Assembly: GCA_027082775.1 (NCBI GenBank)
Contig: JALWUI010000063.1
Coordinates: 4,975-68,974, forward strand
Direction of reading: 5' to 3'
Length of the DNA: 64,000 bases
Source of the DNA: Candidatus Kapaibacterium sp.
GTDB lineage: Bacteria > Bacteroidota > Ignavibacteria > Kapaibacteriales > WFXC01
Below the pieces are notes generated by a model. It was given only the letters and a program-made list of their open reading frames with translations, did no database searches and was not told the origin of the DNA. Each line of letters begins with the position of its first letter. Within the stretch, counting starts at the first letter, position 1. This document shows positions 1 to 9,989 of the stretch, piece by piece. A program made the translations under genes and the position numbers.

Positions 1-1
1 T

Positions 2-1105
2 CAGCGAACGCGGGAGCGAGCGCCGCTGCTGTGGGCAAAGCAGAACGGCAAAGCTGTGGATGAGCAGGCGTGGGAGGCGGTCGAGGCGAAGCATCTGGTC
101 AGCGATTACATCCCCTCCGAGGCATTGTGGCAGTGCACCACCTGCGGTGCGTGTATGCAGGAATGCCCCGTTGCAATCGAACACGTGCCGGCGATTGTGG
201 AATTGCGCCGCGGGCAGGTGATGATGGAGGCGAACTTTCCGTACGAAGCGCAGACGGCACTCAATAATCTGGAGAACAACTTCACTCCGTGGAATTTCTC
301 ACCCGAAGAGCGAGCTGATTGGGCAGAAGGGCTGGGCGTGAAGACAGTAGCCGAAGATCCGCAAATGGAAGTGCTCTTCTGGGTCGGATGCGCCGGGAGC
401 TATGATGCTCGGGCAAAGAAGGTATCCCAGGCTTTTGCAAAGTTGCTTCAGCGGGCAGGGGTGGAATTTCGCATTCTGGGAACGGAAGAGCGATGTACCG
501 GCGATCCAGCTCGCCGCATTGGTAACGAATACCTGGCAGATATGCTCATCAAAATGAACGTCGAAACGCTGAATCAGTACAATGTCAAAAAAATTGTGAC
601 CATTTGCCCGCACTGCTACAACACCCTGAAAAACGAATATCCCGCTTTCGGGGGCACCTATGAAGTGCTGCACCATACGCAACTGCTTCAGCAGTTAGTA
701 GCGCAGGGACGATTACCGGTATCGGCTGCGCAATTGGACGAAACCATAGCGTATCACGATTCCTGCTATCTTGGGCGATACGGTCAGGAATATGAAGCGC
801 CGCGGCAGGTGCTGCAATCGGTGGCTGGGTCAGCAGTAGCAGAGCCGCAGCGCACCCGGGATCGCAGCTTCTGCTGTGGCGCTGGTGGCGGACGAATGTT
901 TATGGAAGAGACGGAAGGGAAACGGGTAAACATTGAACGGACGGAAGAGTTGCTGGCATTGAATCCTTCCGCAATTGCCGTTAATTGCCCGTTCTGTATG
1001 ACAATGCTGACCGATGGCGTCAAAGCCAAAGAAAAGGCAGAAACTGTGAAGGTGCAGGATGTAGCAGAGATTCTGCTCACCGCTATTGAGCAGTCGGACC
1101 AATAG
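2..1105 (+). CDS. Fe-S oxidoreductase subunit with two cysteine-rich CCG domains (HdrD/GlcF-like), 5' partial
   Basis: The reading frame is open back to the window edge with no stop. There are CxxCxxC-type 4Fe-4S motifs (CTTCGACMQECP) and two CCG-like motifs (ICPHCYNTL...DSCY; CCGAGGG...NCPFCMTML). Confidence 0.7.
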   Translation, partial: QRTRERAPLLWAKQNGKAVDEQAWEAVEAKHLVSDYIPSEALWQCTTCGACMQECPVAIEHVPAIVELRRGQVMMEANFPYEAQTALNNLENNFTPWNFSPEERADWAEGLGVKTVAEDPQMEVLFWVGCAGSYDARAKKVSQAFAKLLQRAGVEFRILGTEERCTGDPARRIGNEYLADMLIKMNVETLNQYNVKKIVTICPHCYNTLKNEYPAFGGTYEVLHHTQLLQQLVAQGRLPVSAAQLDETIAYHDSCYLGRYGQEYEAPRQVLQSVAGSAVAEPQRTRDRSFCCGAGGGRMFMEETEGKRVNIERTEELLALNPSAIAVNCPFCMTMLTDGVKAKEKAETVKVQDVAEILLTAIEQSDQ

Positions 1106-1307
1106 TGCCGGTGCGTCAGAAGAGCGTGAAGAAGCATAGAGCAGCAGTGCGTTCTTACTGGCTGAAGCTGGCATTTCCAGTCGGTTGCTGGCGAAAGTCG
1201 ACGCTTGCGGAGTGTACTGGTAGAAGCTGACACTACCAGTCTAAGTGAAGATTTTCAGAATCGCCTATTTGCGCATGTGATCGGCGTGCTTCGTAAAGCC
1301 ATTCCGG

Positions 1308-1943
1308 CTAAACGCCGATCAGGAAAGGATTGTAGTGGCGTTCCTCGCCGATGGTGGTCGAAGGACCGTGTCCCGGATATACGACCACATCGTCATCGAG
1401 TGTCAAAAGTTCTTTGCGAATGGAATTGATCAGTTGCTCCATATTGCCACCGGGTAGATCCGTTCTGCCAATACTGCCAGCAAACAAAGTGTCGCCGGAG
1501 AACAGGAACTGGAGATGCGGGAAGTAGAAACACACACTGCCTTCCGTATGTCCCGGTGTGTGCTTCACAGTGCAGTCGGTGCCAGCCAGTTGAAGCTGTT
1601 GTTGATGGTCGACGTAGTTATCAGCAGGAGTAGGAGGAATGTCGACGGGCAGTGGAAAGATAGAATGGGCAGCAGGGTCAATCAGGCGGTATTCATCTGC
1701 CGGGTGAACATAAATCGGGGCGCCTGTGCGCTTTTTGAAAATGTGTAGATCGGCAATGTGATCCCAGTGGGTGTGCGTGAGAAGAATTGCTTCCAGAGAA
1801 CAGCGGTGCTGGCGAAGCACGGACAGCACGGGGTCAGCGGACTCCGGTGGTGCATCGATCAAAATAGCGGTGGCATTATCCAGGTTGAGCAACAGATAAC
1901 AGTTTGTTGCGACCAGTCCTGTCGTAAAGGTGTGTAATTCCAT
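1308..1943 (-). CDS. MBL-fold metallo-hydrolase (hydroxyacylglutathione hydrolase-like)
   Basis: LTHTHWDHI metal-binding motif, and GHTEGS/GDTLF motifs typical of the metallo-beta-lactamase fold. Confidence 0.8.
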   Translation of the reverse strand: MELHTFTTGLVATNCYLLLNLDNATAILIDAPPESADPVLSVLRQHRCSLEAILLTHTHWDHIADLHIFKKRTGAPIYVHPADEYRLIDPAAHSIFPLPVDIPPTPADNYVDHQQQLQLAGTDCTVKHTPGHTEGSVCFYFPHLQFLFSGDTLFAGSIGRTDLPGGNMEQLINSIRKELLTLDDDVVVYPGHGPSTTIGEERHYNPFLIGV

Positions 1944-1953
1944 TTTTGTCTCC

Positions 1954-3777
1954 TTATGGTTGTTCCAGCGTTCCCCGATTTAGTTCTGTATTTCGCAGAA
2001 GGCGAAATTCAACGCGCCGGTTGCGCCGGCGGTTTTCCTCCGAAGTATTGGGCACCAGCGGCTGGGATTCACCCATTGCCCGGATCGTGATCCGAGTCGG
2101 TGGAATGCCCAGGGTTTGCAGGAATGTTGCTACAGATTCCGCACGCTGCCGCGAGAGCTCCAGATTGAATTCTTCCGTGTCCAGATCATCGGTGTGCCCG
2201 ATGACAACCAGATTGTACTCCGGGTGATCCCGCAAAAACGCTGCCAGTCGGCGCAGTGCTTGCTGTGCTTCTTCCGATAGTTCCCAGCTTCCTAACTCGA
2301 ACAGCACATCGTGGATTTGATAGACAGTATCACCGACGACTACACTGATCTGTGGTTGCATTGAGGGAAGAAGCCTGATGCGAAAAATATCTTCCCGCCC
2401 CTGCGAATTTTCCACCGATACGAAATAGCCATAATCCGCCGTTGCGGGAATGGAGAAATAGCCATCCCAGTTGGGAGAGTTGATGACCGGTCCCAGATTC
2501 TGCGGCTTCGTCCAGGAGGTCCAGCTATCGTCCAGACGACGAGAAATGAAGAGGTCAGCACTCCCATATCCATTGTGCCCTTCGGAGCTGAAATAGAGCG
2601 TTTTGCCGTCCGGAGCAAGGAAGACCGTAAATTCATCCGCAGCCGTGTTGATCGTTGGACCCAGGTTCAGAGGTTTGCTCCACGTACTGTCAGGTTGCAG
2701 GAAAGAGACAAAGATGTCCATTCCGCCGTAGCCATCATCTCGCTGGATCGCCATCAGCAGCGTTCTGCCGTCGGCGGCTAAGAAATAGTTGACAAAGCGT
2801 CCACGGTTGTGGAAATCCCGGATTTGCAACGGTTTTGGGAAGCTCCAGTTCATCCCGTCAAAGCGAGTTAAGGAGGCACCCGGCGCGATCCGTCCATCTG
2901 GCAGATACTTTCCACCCACCAATGCGGTTTTGCCGTCGGGGAGGATTGAGCACAGGAAATTGATTCCACGGTTGTTCAGGGGTGGTCCCACGTTGACGGC
3001 TGGTTGCCACTGCCCATCCGGTCCACGAACCGCGTGCCAGATGTCTTCGGTTGGTCCACCGGTATTGCGAGGGTCGCCGCGACGGCAGAAAAAGAGCGTG
3101 TTCCCATCCGGGGCAATAACCGGCAGCAGTTCCGAATACCGGGTGTTGATAGCAGAACCTAAGTTCTCAGGCACTAAGCTGGCAGCGCGTTCATCGACGA
3201 TGTTGATCAGCGGTTTGACCGTGTCAGTTGTTGTTGCCAGCGCCACTGCATCGATCTCGTTCCAGCCCGGTACAGCACCGGTAAACACGATCAATTCCAC
3301 AGCAGAGACGTCAAAGGGAGGCGGATCGAAGAACAAATTCCACATCCGCCATTTAGCTTTTACCACCTGCGGACCTTCATCGTAGACTACCCATTGGCGG
3401 TGTCCGGAGCTATCCAGCAGCGTGACTTTGCCGATAGCGCCGGGATTGAGATTTTCTGCAACTGCCAGTTGCCGGGGACGCAGCGGGGGATCAAAGCCGA
3501 GAACGAGTCGGACTTTGATCGTGCTATCGTGAATTTTCAGCCCATCGTGTTGAGGATCCGCTGCCCACGAACATGGATTGGTCGTGCCCCGCAGCGAGAG
3601 GATGTTCGGTTCTCTTAAGAGTTGCTCAGCAGAATAGGGACCGAAAGGCTGATAAGAGGAAGAGGCAACAATGACTCGCGATGCCCAGTGCACCGTCGGA
3701 GGATATTGCGTAAAGACAGGGCTGACACACAGCACCGTCGCAAAGAACACGAACAATCCCAGACGCCCCTGCATCAT
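1954..3777 (-). CDS. OmpA-family protein with TolB-like PD40 beta-propeller repeats
   Basis: Signal peptide; repeated DG.TL.F....G..D.. PD40-like units; C-terminal OmpA domain (NLVVIGHTDDLDTEEFNLELSRQRAESV). Confidence 0.75.
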   Translation of the reverse strand: MMQGRLGLFVFFATVLCVSPVFTQYPPTVHWASRVIVASSSYQPFGPYSAEQLLREPNILSLRGTTNPCSWAADPQHDGLKIHDSTIKVRLVLGFDPPLRPRQLAVAENLNPGAIGKVTLLDSSGHRQWVVYDEGPQVVKAKWRMWNLFFDPPPFDVSAVELIVFTGAVPGWNEIDAVALATTTDTVKPLINIVDERAASLVPENLGSAINTRYSELLPVIAPDGNTLFFCRRGDPRNTGGPTEDIWHAVRGPDGQWQPAVNVGPPLNNRGINFLCSILPDGKTALVGGKYLPDGRIAPGASLTRFDGMNWSFPKPLQIRDFHNRGRFVNYFLAADGRTLLMAIQRDDGYGGMDIFVSFLQPDSTWSKPLNLGPTINTAADEFTVFLAPDGKTLYFSSEGHNGYGSADLFISRRLDDSWTSWTKPQNLGPVINSPNWDGYFSIPATADYGYFVSVENSQGREDIFRIRLLPSMQPQISVVVGDTVYQIHDVLFELGSWELSEEAQQALRRLAAFLRDHPEYNLVVIGHTDDLDTEEFNLELSRQRAESVATFLQTLGIPPTRITIRAMGESQPLVPNTSEENRRRNRRVEFRLLRNTELNRGTLEQP

Positions 3778-3842
3778 ACACTACAGCTCTTTTGATCCAC
3801 GTTGTAATTCTTTCGTTTTGTCAGAAATTGGAGGAAAGCCCT

Positions 3843-5129
3843 ATGTACCACCGGAAGCACAAAGGACACCTGATGGGGGTGTTTATTTTATCCCTGTTTC
3901 TGAGTGCTGGATCACTCCTTGCCCAACAAAAAATTCTCATTCCGATGGATATGACCCAGACCGATCACCTGAAAGCCTATGGCGTGACGTACTGGGCACT
4001 CAGCAAAGGATGGACTGCTGATTGGCTGCTGAATTATCGGGGTGGCTCTTTTATGCTACCGTATTCGGAAAAAATTGTTTTGAAATGTCGGCTGGAAGGC
4101 GTCGCTTTTGAAGTGGTCGATGCGGTTACAGCAGCGCAGATCTACGCAGAAGTGCAGGATCCCAACAGTAATATGGACGCAGTTCGGCTGGAGAAGGCGG
4201 CAAAAATTGCTGTTTATGCTCCACCGGGATTTCAGCCCTGGGATGATGCAGTAACTCTCGCACTGGACTATGCCGGCATTCCTTACGATCGGGTCTGGGA
4301 TGAAGAAATCCTCAATGATACGCTTTACCATTACGACTGGCTGCACCTCCATCACGAAGATTTCACCGGACAGTATGGCAAGTTCTACGCCGCCTTCCAC
4401 AATGCCCCGTGGTACATTCAGCAAGTGGAGTTGAACGAACAGATGGCGCGCAAGCTGGGATTTCGGAAAGTGTCGGAAATGAAGAAAGCGGTGGTGGAAA
4501 AAATTCGGCAGTATGTTGCCAGCGGCGGGTTTATGTTTGCAATGTGCAGCGCTACCGACACCTACGACATTGCGCAGGCAGCGATGAATGTGGACATTTG
4601 CGATGTGGTCTATGATGGCGATCCGCCCGATCCACATGCGCAGGAGAAACTGGATTTTTCCCGAACATTTGCATTTGAAAATTTCAAACTGGTGATGGAT
4701 CCTTACCAGTACGAATTTTCCAACATCGACATTGACGCCCGCACTCTTCTGGCAACAGCAGCGACCGATTACTTTACGTTGTTCGAATTTTCCGCCAAGT
4801 ATGATCCGGTACCCACGATGCTAACGCAGTGTCACGTCAACGTTATTCGCGGCTTTCTGGGACAGACAACAGCGTTTCGGGAGGAACTGATCAAAAAATC
4901 TGTGGTGATCTTGGGGAAGCGAGAAGGGACAAATCAGGTCAAGTATATCCACGGCAACTTTGGTCGTGGCACTTTTACGTGGTTGGGCGGACACGATCCC
5001 GAGGACTATCAGCACGCTGTCGGAGATCCCCCGACCGATCTCAATTTGCACAAAAATTCGCCGGGATACCGGCTGATCCTGAACAATGTGCTCTTTCCGT
5101 CGGCGAAGAAAAAGAAGCAGAAGACCTGA
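3843..5129 (+). CDS. Hypothetical secreted protein
   Basis: Long ORF. The internal start MYHRKHKGHLMGVFILSLFLSAGSLLAQQ gives a typical signal peptide. No domain was recognised with confidence. Confidence 0.5.
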   Translation: MYHRKHKGHLMGVFILSLFLSAGSLLAQQKILIPMDMTQTDHLKAYGVTYWALSKGWTADWLLNYRGGSFMLPYSEKIVLKCRLEGVAFEVVDAVTAAQIYAEVQDPNSNMDAVRLEKAAKIAVYAPPGFQPWDDAVTLALDYAGIPYDRVWDEEILNDTLYHYDWLHLHHEDFTGQYGKFYAAFHNAPWYIQQVELNEQMARKLGFRKVSEMKKAVVEKIRQYVASGGFMFAMCSATDTYDIAQAAMNVDICDVVYDGDPPDPHAQEKLDFSRTFAFENFKLVMDPYQYEFSNIDIDARTLLATAATDYFTLFEFSAKYDPVPTMLTQCHVNVIRGFLGQTTAFREELIKKSVVILGKREGTNQVKYIHGNFGRGTFTWLGGHDPEDYQHAVGDPPTDLNLHKNSPGYRLILNNVLFPSAKKKKQKT

Positions 5130-5167
5130 GATCCGCCAAAACTTCCTAAATTTGTACCTTTGCAAGG

Positions 5168-5815
5168 TTGAACAAGAGGAAAGCGCAAATGATTCGAGTC
5201 TGGAGCATTGCCATCGTCGCCGTACTGACGGGAAGTCTGTTGGCTGGATGGGCACAGCAGGCGAAAAAGAAGAAAGTGGAGCGTCCGCAGTATGTAATCG
5301 AAGTGTTTCAGAAAGGGAAAAAGCTGGGCGACATTGTGATTGAGCTGTTCCCCGACGTTGCGCCCAAACACGTGCGAAACTTCGACAGTCTGGTTTCGAT
5401 CAAATTCTACGATGGCACCGCCTTTCATCGGGTGATCCCCGGCTTTATGATTCAGGGAGGTGATCCAAATTCCAAAAATAAACCACGAAGCACGTGGGGC
5501 TATGGCGATCCTTCGCAGAAACGAGTACCGGCAGAGTTTAGCGATATTCCGCATAAACGGGGTATTGTGTCAGCAGCCCGGGGACCAGATCCGAACAGTG
5601 CAACTTCCCAGTTCTTTATCTGCGTGGCTGATGCGCCGTGGCTGGACGGAAAATACACCGTTTTCGGGCGGGTATTGAAAGGAATGGACGTGGCAGATAA
5701 AGTTGCCAACGTACCGCGGGATGCGCGGGATAATCCCATCGACAAGGTGGAGATGAAAATCCGCAAACTGAAGCCGGAAGAGTATATCCATCCGGGTAAG
5801 GGACAGGACAAATGA
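5168..5815 (+). CDS. Cyclophilin-type peptidyl-prolyl cis-trans isomerase (secreted/periplasmic)
   Basis: Motifs FHRVIPGFMIQGGDP and ...SQFFIC...WLDGKYTVFGRV; N-terminal signal peptide. Confidence 0.85.
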   Translation: MNKRKAQMIRVWSIAIVAVLTGSLLAGWAQQAKKKKVERPQYVIEVFQKGKKLGDIVIELFPDVAPKHVRNFDSLVSIKFYDGTAFHRVIPGFMIQGGDPNSKNKPRSTWGYGDPSQKRVPAEFSDIPHKRGIVSAARGPDPNSATSQFFICVADAPWLDGKYTVFGRVLKGMDVADKVANVPRDARDNPIDKVEMKIRKLKPEEYIHPGKGQDK

Positions 5816-6609
5816 GATTGATCAGCGTGCTTTTTCTTGGACTGCTCCTCTGGCTGCCGCTCAGGGCACAGGACGAAAAGATCGAAGATTTTTCCTTCGA
5901 GGATCTGCCGGAGGAAGAATTGAGCAGCTTCTATGAAATCGTTGGAGTTGGCGTCATCGGCACTGCGCAATTTCTCAACGTCGATGCCGTGCAGCAAGTG
6001 GCGGAGCAACTGTTCCCACAGTCGACTCCTGCCATCGATGCTCCACTCTACTGTGCGGGCTTTTATGTTGCTGAATCCTTTTATCCGGGCAAAAAGTTTC
6101 GATTCAGATTTTTGTATACGGCTGGCTCCCGGAAGCAGACCGGCACCGTGACCATAGGAGAGGGCATCGATACGGCGCAGGTGCAGCGGCGTCTGGAGTA
6201 TGGCATCAGTTACAATGCGCTGACGGTCGATTATGCTTTCGTGCCAGCTTCTCAGTTAGCAATCGTTGCCGGACTTCAGCTTGGATGGGGGAGCATTCGG
6301 TTTGGTGCGGCGCAGAGTCTGGAACAGCGGCGTTTTGACGAAGAATTCCAGTTCGATCGCCCCTCGATCAACAATTCGACGACGCTGGAAACCCTCCATT
6401 TCTTTACAGCGCCGCAGCTCGCGATTGAATGGTCGCCAACGGCGACAGCGCTGCTTCGCATAGCGGGAACTTACCACTTCTCCTGGACCGGGGAGTGGAA
6501 AGCAGACAATATCCAGCGTGTTGAGAACGTTCCAAAAACGCTGAATGGCGGTGGTTTCGGTGTTCAGGTTGGATTGTTCATCGGACTATTCCGAATTGGT
6601 GTGCCGTAA
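5812..6609 (+). CDS. Hypothetical outer-membrane beta-barrel-like protein
   Basis: Signal peptide (LLWLPLRAQ), alternating amphipathic segments, and an aromatic-rich C-terminus. Confidence 0.4.
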   Translation: MRLISVLFLGLLLWLPLRAQDEKIEDFSFEDLPEEELSSFYEIVGVGVIGTAQFLNVDAVQQVAEQLFPQSTPAIDAPLYCAGFYVAESFYPGKKFRFRFLYTAGSRKQTGTVTIGEGIDTAQVQRRLEYGISYNALTVDYAFVPASQLAIVAGLQLGWGSIRFGAAQSLEQRRFDEEFQFDRPSINNSTTLETLHFFTAPQLAIEWSPTATALLRIAGTYHFSWTGEWKADNIQRVENVPKTLNGGGFGVQVGLFIGLFRIGVP

Positions 6610-6616
6610 AGGAAGG

Positions 6617-6690
6617 GGGCCCTTAGCTCAAGTGGTTAGAGCAGCGGACTCATAATCCGCGGGTTGCAGGTTCGAGTCCTGCAGGGCCCA
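6617..6690 (+). tRNA. tRNA-Met (CAT anticodon); tRNA-Ile2 (lysidine) cannot be excluded
   Basis: Hand-folded cloverleaf: acceptor stem GGGCCCT/AGGGCCC, D arm GCTC..GAGC, anticodon stem GCGGA/TCCGC with loop CTCATAA, T arm GCAGG-TTCGAGT-CCTGC, discriminator A. The G1-C72 pair argues against an initiator tRNA. No CCA is encoded. Confidence 0.8.
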
Positions 6691-6744
6691 CTACCTTCCC
6701 TTTCTCCACATCCCTCATTCTCGATGACAGATGCGCTCATTTCA

Positions 6745-7135
6745 GTGTACACTTCTTGCCGGCTAAAGCCGGCGTTCCAGTTACTGGGAGCGCACACTTC
6801 AGTGTGCCTGGGAGCGCACGCTTCAGCGTGCATTCCCCTCACCCTAACCCTTTCCCAGAGGAAGAGGGGATTTCTTGCACCCGTAGGGGTGACCGGCTGG
6901 TCGTCCACCGGGCAAAGCACTGCTTCGCCCCGAGCATTGCACTGGGAGCGCACGCTTCCGTGTGCATCTTTGCCGACAAAAGTCGGTGCTCCCGGTGTTC
7001 GTACTCCCTCGCCCACAGGGAGAGAGGGAGGAGGTGGGGCCTTTGGCTGAACATCGCGCTTTCCCTTTCGCGCACTCCCATGGGGAGAGAGGCAGAAGGT
7101 GAGAGTGGGTATTTTTCATCTCTGTCACCTGGCGA
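6745..7135. repeat. Hairpin-array repeat cluster A (composite GC-rich palindromic units)
   Basis: Units such as CCGGCTAAAGCCGG, GCACGCTTCAGCGTGC, CCCCTC..GAGGGG, GCGACCGGCTGGTCGC and GGGCAAAGCACTGCTTCGCCC. It shares a ~150-nt module with cluster B. Confidence 0.7.
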
Positions 7136-7470
7136 TACAGATTTTTTTAGCACTACTTCTGTCAGTTGGGATACTTCGTTTGTCCAGTATCGGATAACTG
7201 TGAAACCTTTTGCTTCCAGAAAAGCGGTACGTTCTTCATCGTAGATTTTGTGTTGTGGCTCGGCGTGGTGACCGCCATCAATTTCGATGATGAGGCGTAA
7301 TTTCGTGGGAGTAGAAATCCACGATGTATGGACCAATTAGGATGCTGACGACGAAACTTGATTCCTAATAACTGATGGTTTCGGAGCAAATGCCATATTA
7401 AGTTTTCAGCATTACTTTGGTTCGTGCGAAGCGCACGGGCATAGGCAAGGAGCTTAGGGGGAGTTTTTCC
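7136..7470 (-). pseudogene. DUF559 (Vsr-like endonuclease domain) gene remnant, frameshifted; 3' end runs into the repeat cluster
   Basis: One frame (7162..7743) carries the N-terminal half (LLAYARALRTNQSNAENLIWHLLRNHQLLGIKFRRQHP). A second frame (6839..7336) carries the C-terminal half (LIIEIDGGHH...ERTAFLEAKGFTVIRYWTNEV). The junction lies near 7336. Confidence 0.55.
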
Positions 7471-8216
7471 CTCACCCCTAATTTCTCTCTCCAGGGGGAG
7501 CGGGAAATTTTGTCGATGGAGGTTTCGCGATAGTAGGCGGCACGCTTGGCGAACTTCTCGGGGATAGAATTGCCCGCTCGCAGGGCGTTGATCACCACGG
7601 GATCGAAGTCCACGAACCAGGACTTGAACAGTGCCTGCGCCATCGCCTCCAGCGTTTCGTTCATCCGCCGATTCAGCTCGATTTTGTCGTCCAGCGTGCC
7701 CAGAATGCGCGCAATGGCGCGTTGTTCGGGAAGGGGAGGACATCGGAACTTAAATTTTTTAATGCGATCTGGTGAAGTGTGTTTAACAGTTGTTCCAGTA
7801 GCTATTGCAAGAATTTGATGACGGTATTTTTCTGAGCACATCAAATAAAATAGAAAACGGATATCGATTATGTTTGGCTCTTTGATAACGATTTTGCCAA
7901 GCCGCTGGTTGTGAAGGTAGCGATGATTATCGCCTGAAGCTGGCACAAAAGCGGGAAGTCCCAAGATATCACCTTGTTTGCTCAAGTCCGTCATTGCGAC
8001 TATCAGGTCACCTTCTGTTAATACAAAGTCCTTTGGTACTGGCCCCTCATAATATTTCAATTTGTCATCTTTGAATCCCCCTCCAACTGCGAAGTTTCCT
8101 GGTGTAAGCAGGATATTGCCTGGTGGTTCGCTCCTGAAATATTTTCCTTTAAACGCATAGCCATGTTTGATGTCTATTACATCGCCCAGTGTTATTTCTT
8201 TCCATTCACTCCGCAT
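7398..8216 (-). CDS. hsdS: Type I restriction-modification specificity subunit HsdS (single target-recognition domain, half-size)
   Basis: One target-recognition domain followed by the conserved central HsdS helix region (LPEQRAIARILGTLDDKIELNRRMNETLEAMAQALFKSWFVDFDPV). There is no second TRD. Confidence 0.7.
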   Translation of the reverse strand: MRSEWKEITLGDVIDIKHGYAFKGKYFRSEPPGNILLTPGNFAVGGGFKDDKLKYYEGPVPKDFVLTEGDLIVAMTDLSKQGDILGLPAFVPASGDNHRYLHNQRLGKIVIKEPNIIDIRFLFYLMCSEKYRHQILAIATGTTVKHTSPDRIKKFKFRCPPLPEQRAIARILGTLDDKIELNRRMNETLEAMAQALFKSWFVDFDPVVINALRAGNSIPEKFAKRAAYYRETSIDKISRSPWREKLGVREKLPLSSLPMPVRFARTKVMLKT

Positions 8217-8264
8217 TACTCAGCACCTTCCACTTTTTAGTCAGTAACATAGCCGCGATTTTTA

Positions 8265-8753
8265 CTATCTCTCTAACACAAACCGGACCTTTTCCCGACG
8301 CAGCATTTCAAATGGAGTCATATGTCGAATTCCTAAACCGATGCAAACGTTCGGAAGTTTTACTTTCCGTCTGGTAGCTGCAGGAACTTCGTGTGTCACG
8401 AGCACGTAGTTCTGTGCCAGAGCATGTGCTACCAGGTAGTAGTCTGCTACCTGAAAGAAAGCGTTTATTGCGGCAAGATCGTAATTTTGAGTCATTACCC
8501 AACTGCTGACTTTACTGAATGCAGCGACAACCCATGTGTCAGGAGGAAGGAAAAAGTTTGCTTCACGCTGCTTTGCCCAGTCTGCCAGATCGTCATCGCC
8601 TGCGATTAACTCGTCCCTGACCTTTTCAATGCTGAAGACAAGTCCCTGAGCATTGGCAACGTCCAGCCAGTCCCAGAACGCCGGGCAAAAGTCAAAACCG
8701 TAATGGAGATTCTTTGCCTGGATGAAAACGTTCGAATCCAGTAGATACGCCAT
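8265..8753 (-). CDS. DUF4411-family PIN-like protein
   Basis: The N-terminus MAYLLDSNVFIQAKNLHYGFDFCPAFWDWL matches my recollection of the DUF4411 signature. The start ATG overlaps the stop of the upstream HTH-ImmA gene (ATGA). Confidence 0.6.
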   Translation of the reverse strand: MAYLLDSNVFIQAKNLHYGFDFCPAFWDWLDVANAQGLVFSIEKVRDELIAGDDDLADWAKQREANFFLPPDTWVVAAFSKVSSWVMTQNYDLAAINAFFQVADYYLVAHALAQNYVLVTHEVPAATRRKVKLPNVCIGLGIRHMTPFEMLRREKVRFVLER

Positions 8754-9904
8754 TATCCGATTCCCAGCTCTTGCGCGAATTTCTTGAGGGTTTGAGTCTT
8801 CAGAATGCCTAACATCGTATAAGCGTCCCGAAATAGCGTCTGTCCTTCCAGCGTACTGCTGACCAATGCCAGAGCAAAACGCTTGCTGACTTTGCGAGCG
8901 AGATTATAGTAGAAGTTCCCACCTTTGTTTCCAGCTAATGTCTGCTTATAGCTTTTTACCCGCTTTTGCTCCTCTTCATACACTTGCCGGTAGGCTTCCC
9001 GGCTCAGGAGCTCTGCGTCGAACAACCGTCTGAGAATCACCAGTGTGCTGACCTTGAATATGCGAGCCAGGCGTTGCAATTCCTGTCGTAAGTCATTTTT
9101 GGTGTTGAAATTTTCTACTAATGTAGTGATGGGCACCAGCAGCTCTGCTGCTACCTGGTTGCACCAGCGTTCCACGGTTTCTTCCGGATATCTCTCAAGA
9201 CTGGCATCCGATATTCCCGATTTGCCCAGCCAGATATGCGCCAGTTCGTGAGCCAGCGTGAAGGTTTTACCGGCAATAGTGTCAGCTCCATTGATAAAAA
9301 TCACCGGTGCTAAGGCGTCTACCAGAGCGAAACCGCGGAACTCTTCCGGATCCAGAGGGCGATGGGTATTGTTCCCCACCACACCATTCATCATTACCAG
9401 AATACCAGCCTCTTCTACCCGATCGATAAAGTAACTGAGCGCTTGCGTCCAGGTGGGAATGGCACGCCGTTTCTCAATCTCCAGATTGATCCGATCGCGG
9501 ATGGTAGCTGCGATGACACTTGCGTCGTCCGCTACGGTCGCTGACCCGACAAACGGCAGCGGTGTTGCTCCTTGAGCCAGCAGGTAATCGCGATACCACT
9601 CTTGCCGTTGCTGGCAAATATAAATGGTTTCCAGCAGCTCCGGGCTGGGGCGGGAAAGTCTTGCCTGAGGCATGGTACGAAAGTCCGGGATGGGCAATGG
9701 TTCCTCCGGTGGCGCTTCCAGGAAGAAAAAACCCAGCGGTACTCGAAAGGTTTTTGCCAGCCGCTCCAGTTGTTTCAAGGTCGGTTGACTTTTCCCGCTT
9801 TCCCATTCCTCATATCGTGGAAATGTTTTCGTGAGCGCATCTATCGTACCCTCAGCACGTTCTCTGGCCCATCGGAGGAGTTCCGGTTTAATGGTGACCC
9901 GCAT
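8753..9904 (-). CDS. XRE-family HTH fused to an ImmA/IrrE-family (COG2856) zinc metallopeptidase
   Basis: N-terminal HTH region (TLKQLERLAKTFRVPLGFFF); HEXXH motif within TLAHELAHIWLGKSGISD. Confidence 0.75.
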   Translation of the reverse strand: MRVTIKPELLRWARERAEGTIDALTKTFPRYEEWESGKSQPTLKQLERLAKTFRVPLGFFFLEAPPEEPLPIPDFRTMPQARLSRPSPELLETIYICQQRQEWYRDYLLAQGATPLPFVGSATVADDASVIAATIRDRINLEIEKRRAIPTWTQALSYFIDRVEEAGILVMMNGVVGNNTHRPLDPEEFRGFALVDALAPVIFINGADTIAGKTFTLAHELAHIWLGKSGISDASLERYPEETVERWCNQVAAELLVPITTLVENFNTKNDLRQELQRLARIFKVSTLVILRRLFDAELLSREAYRQVYEEEQKRVKSYKQTLAGNKGGNFYYNLARKVSKRFALALVSSTLEGQTLFRDAYTMLGILKTQTLKKFAQELGIG

Positions 9905-9989
9905 AGCACTTTTGCTGTTCTTTGTTTCCCATCTCCAATAGATCTGTGTCTTGATTCAGCTACACGCTTCGCCGGGAAGCTGCTGACTC

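Noticed and set aside
6636-7336. Several 90-165-aa ORFs on both strands inside repeat cluster A (6636-7016, 6664-7050, 6756-7244, 6844-7128).
   Set aside because: They are translations of the palindromic repeat units, with the recurring MPAKAGAP/GAHASACIPLTLTLSQRKRGFLAP peptides appearing at every cluster. Both strands are equally open, and there is no coherent protein signal.
7162-7743. The 193-aa ORF as an intact gene.
   Set aside because: Its N-terminal 90 aa overlap hsdS in another frame. Only the C-terminal part matches the DUF559 N-terminal region, which continues in a different frame (6839-7336). It is called a frameshifted pseudogene instead.
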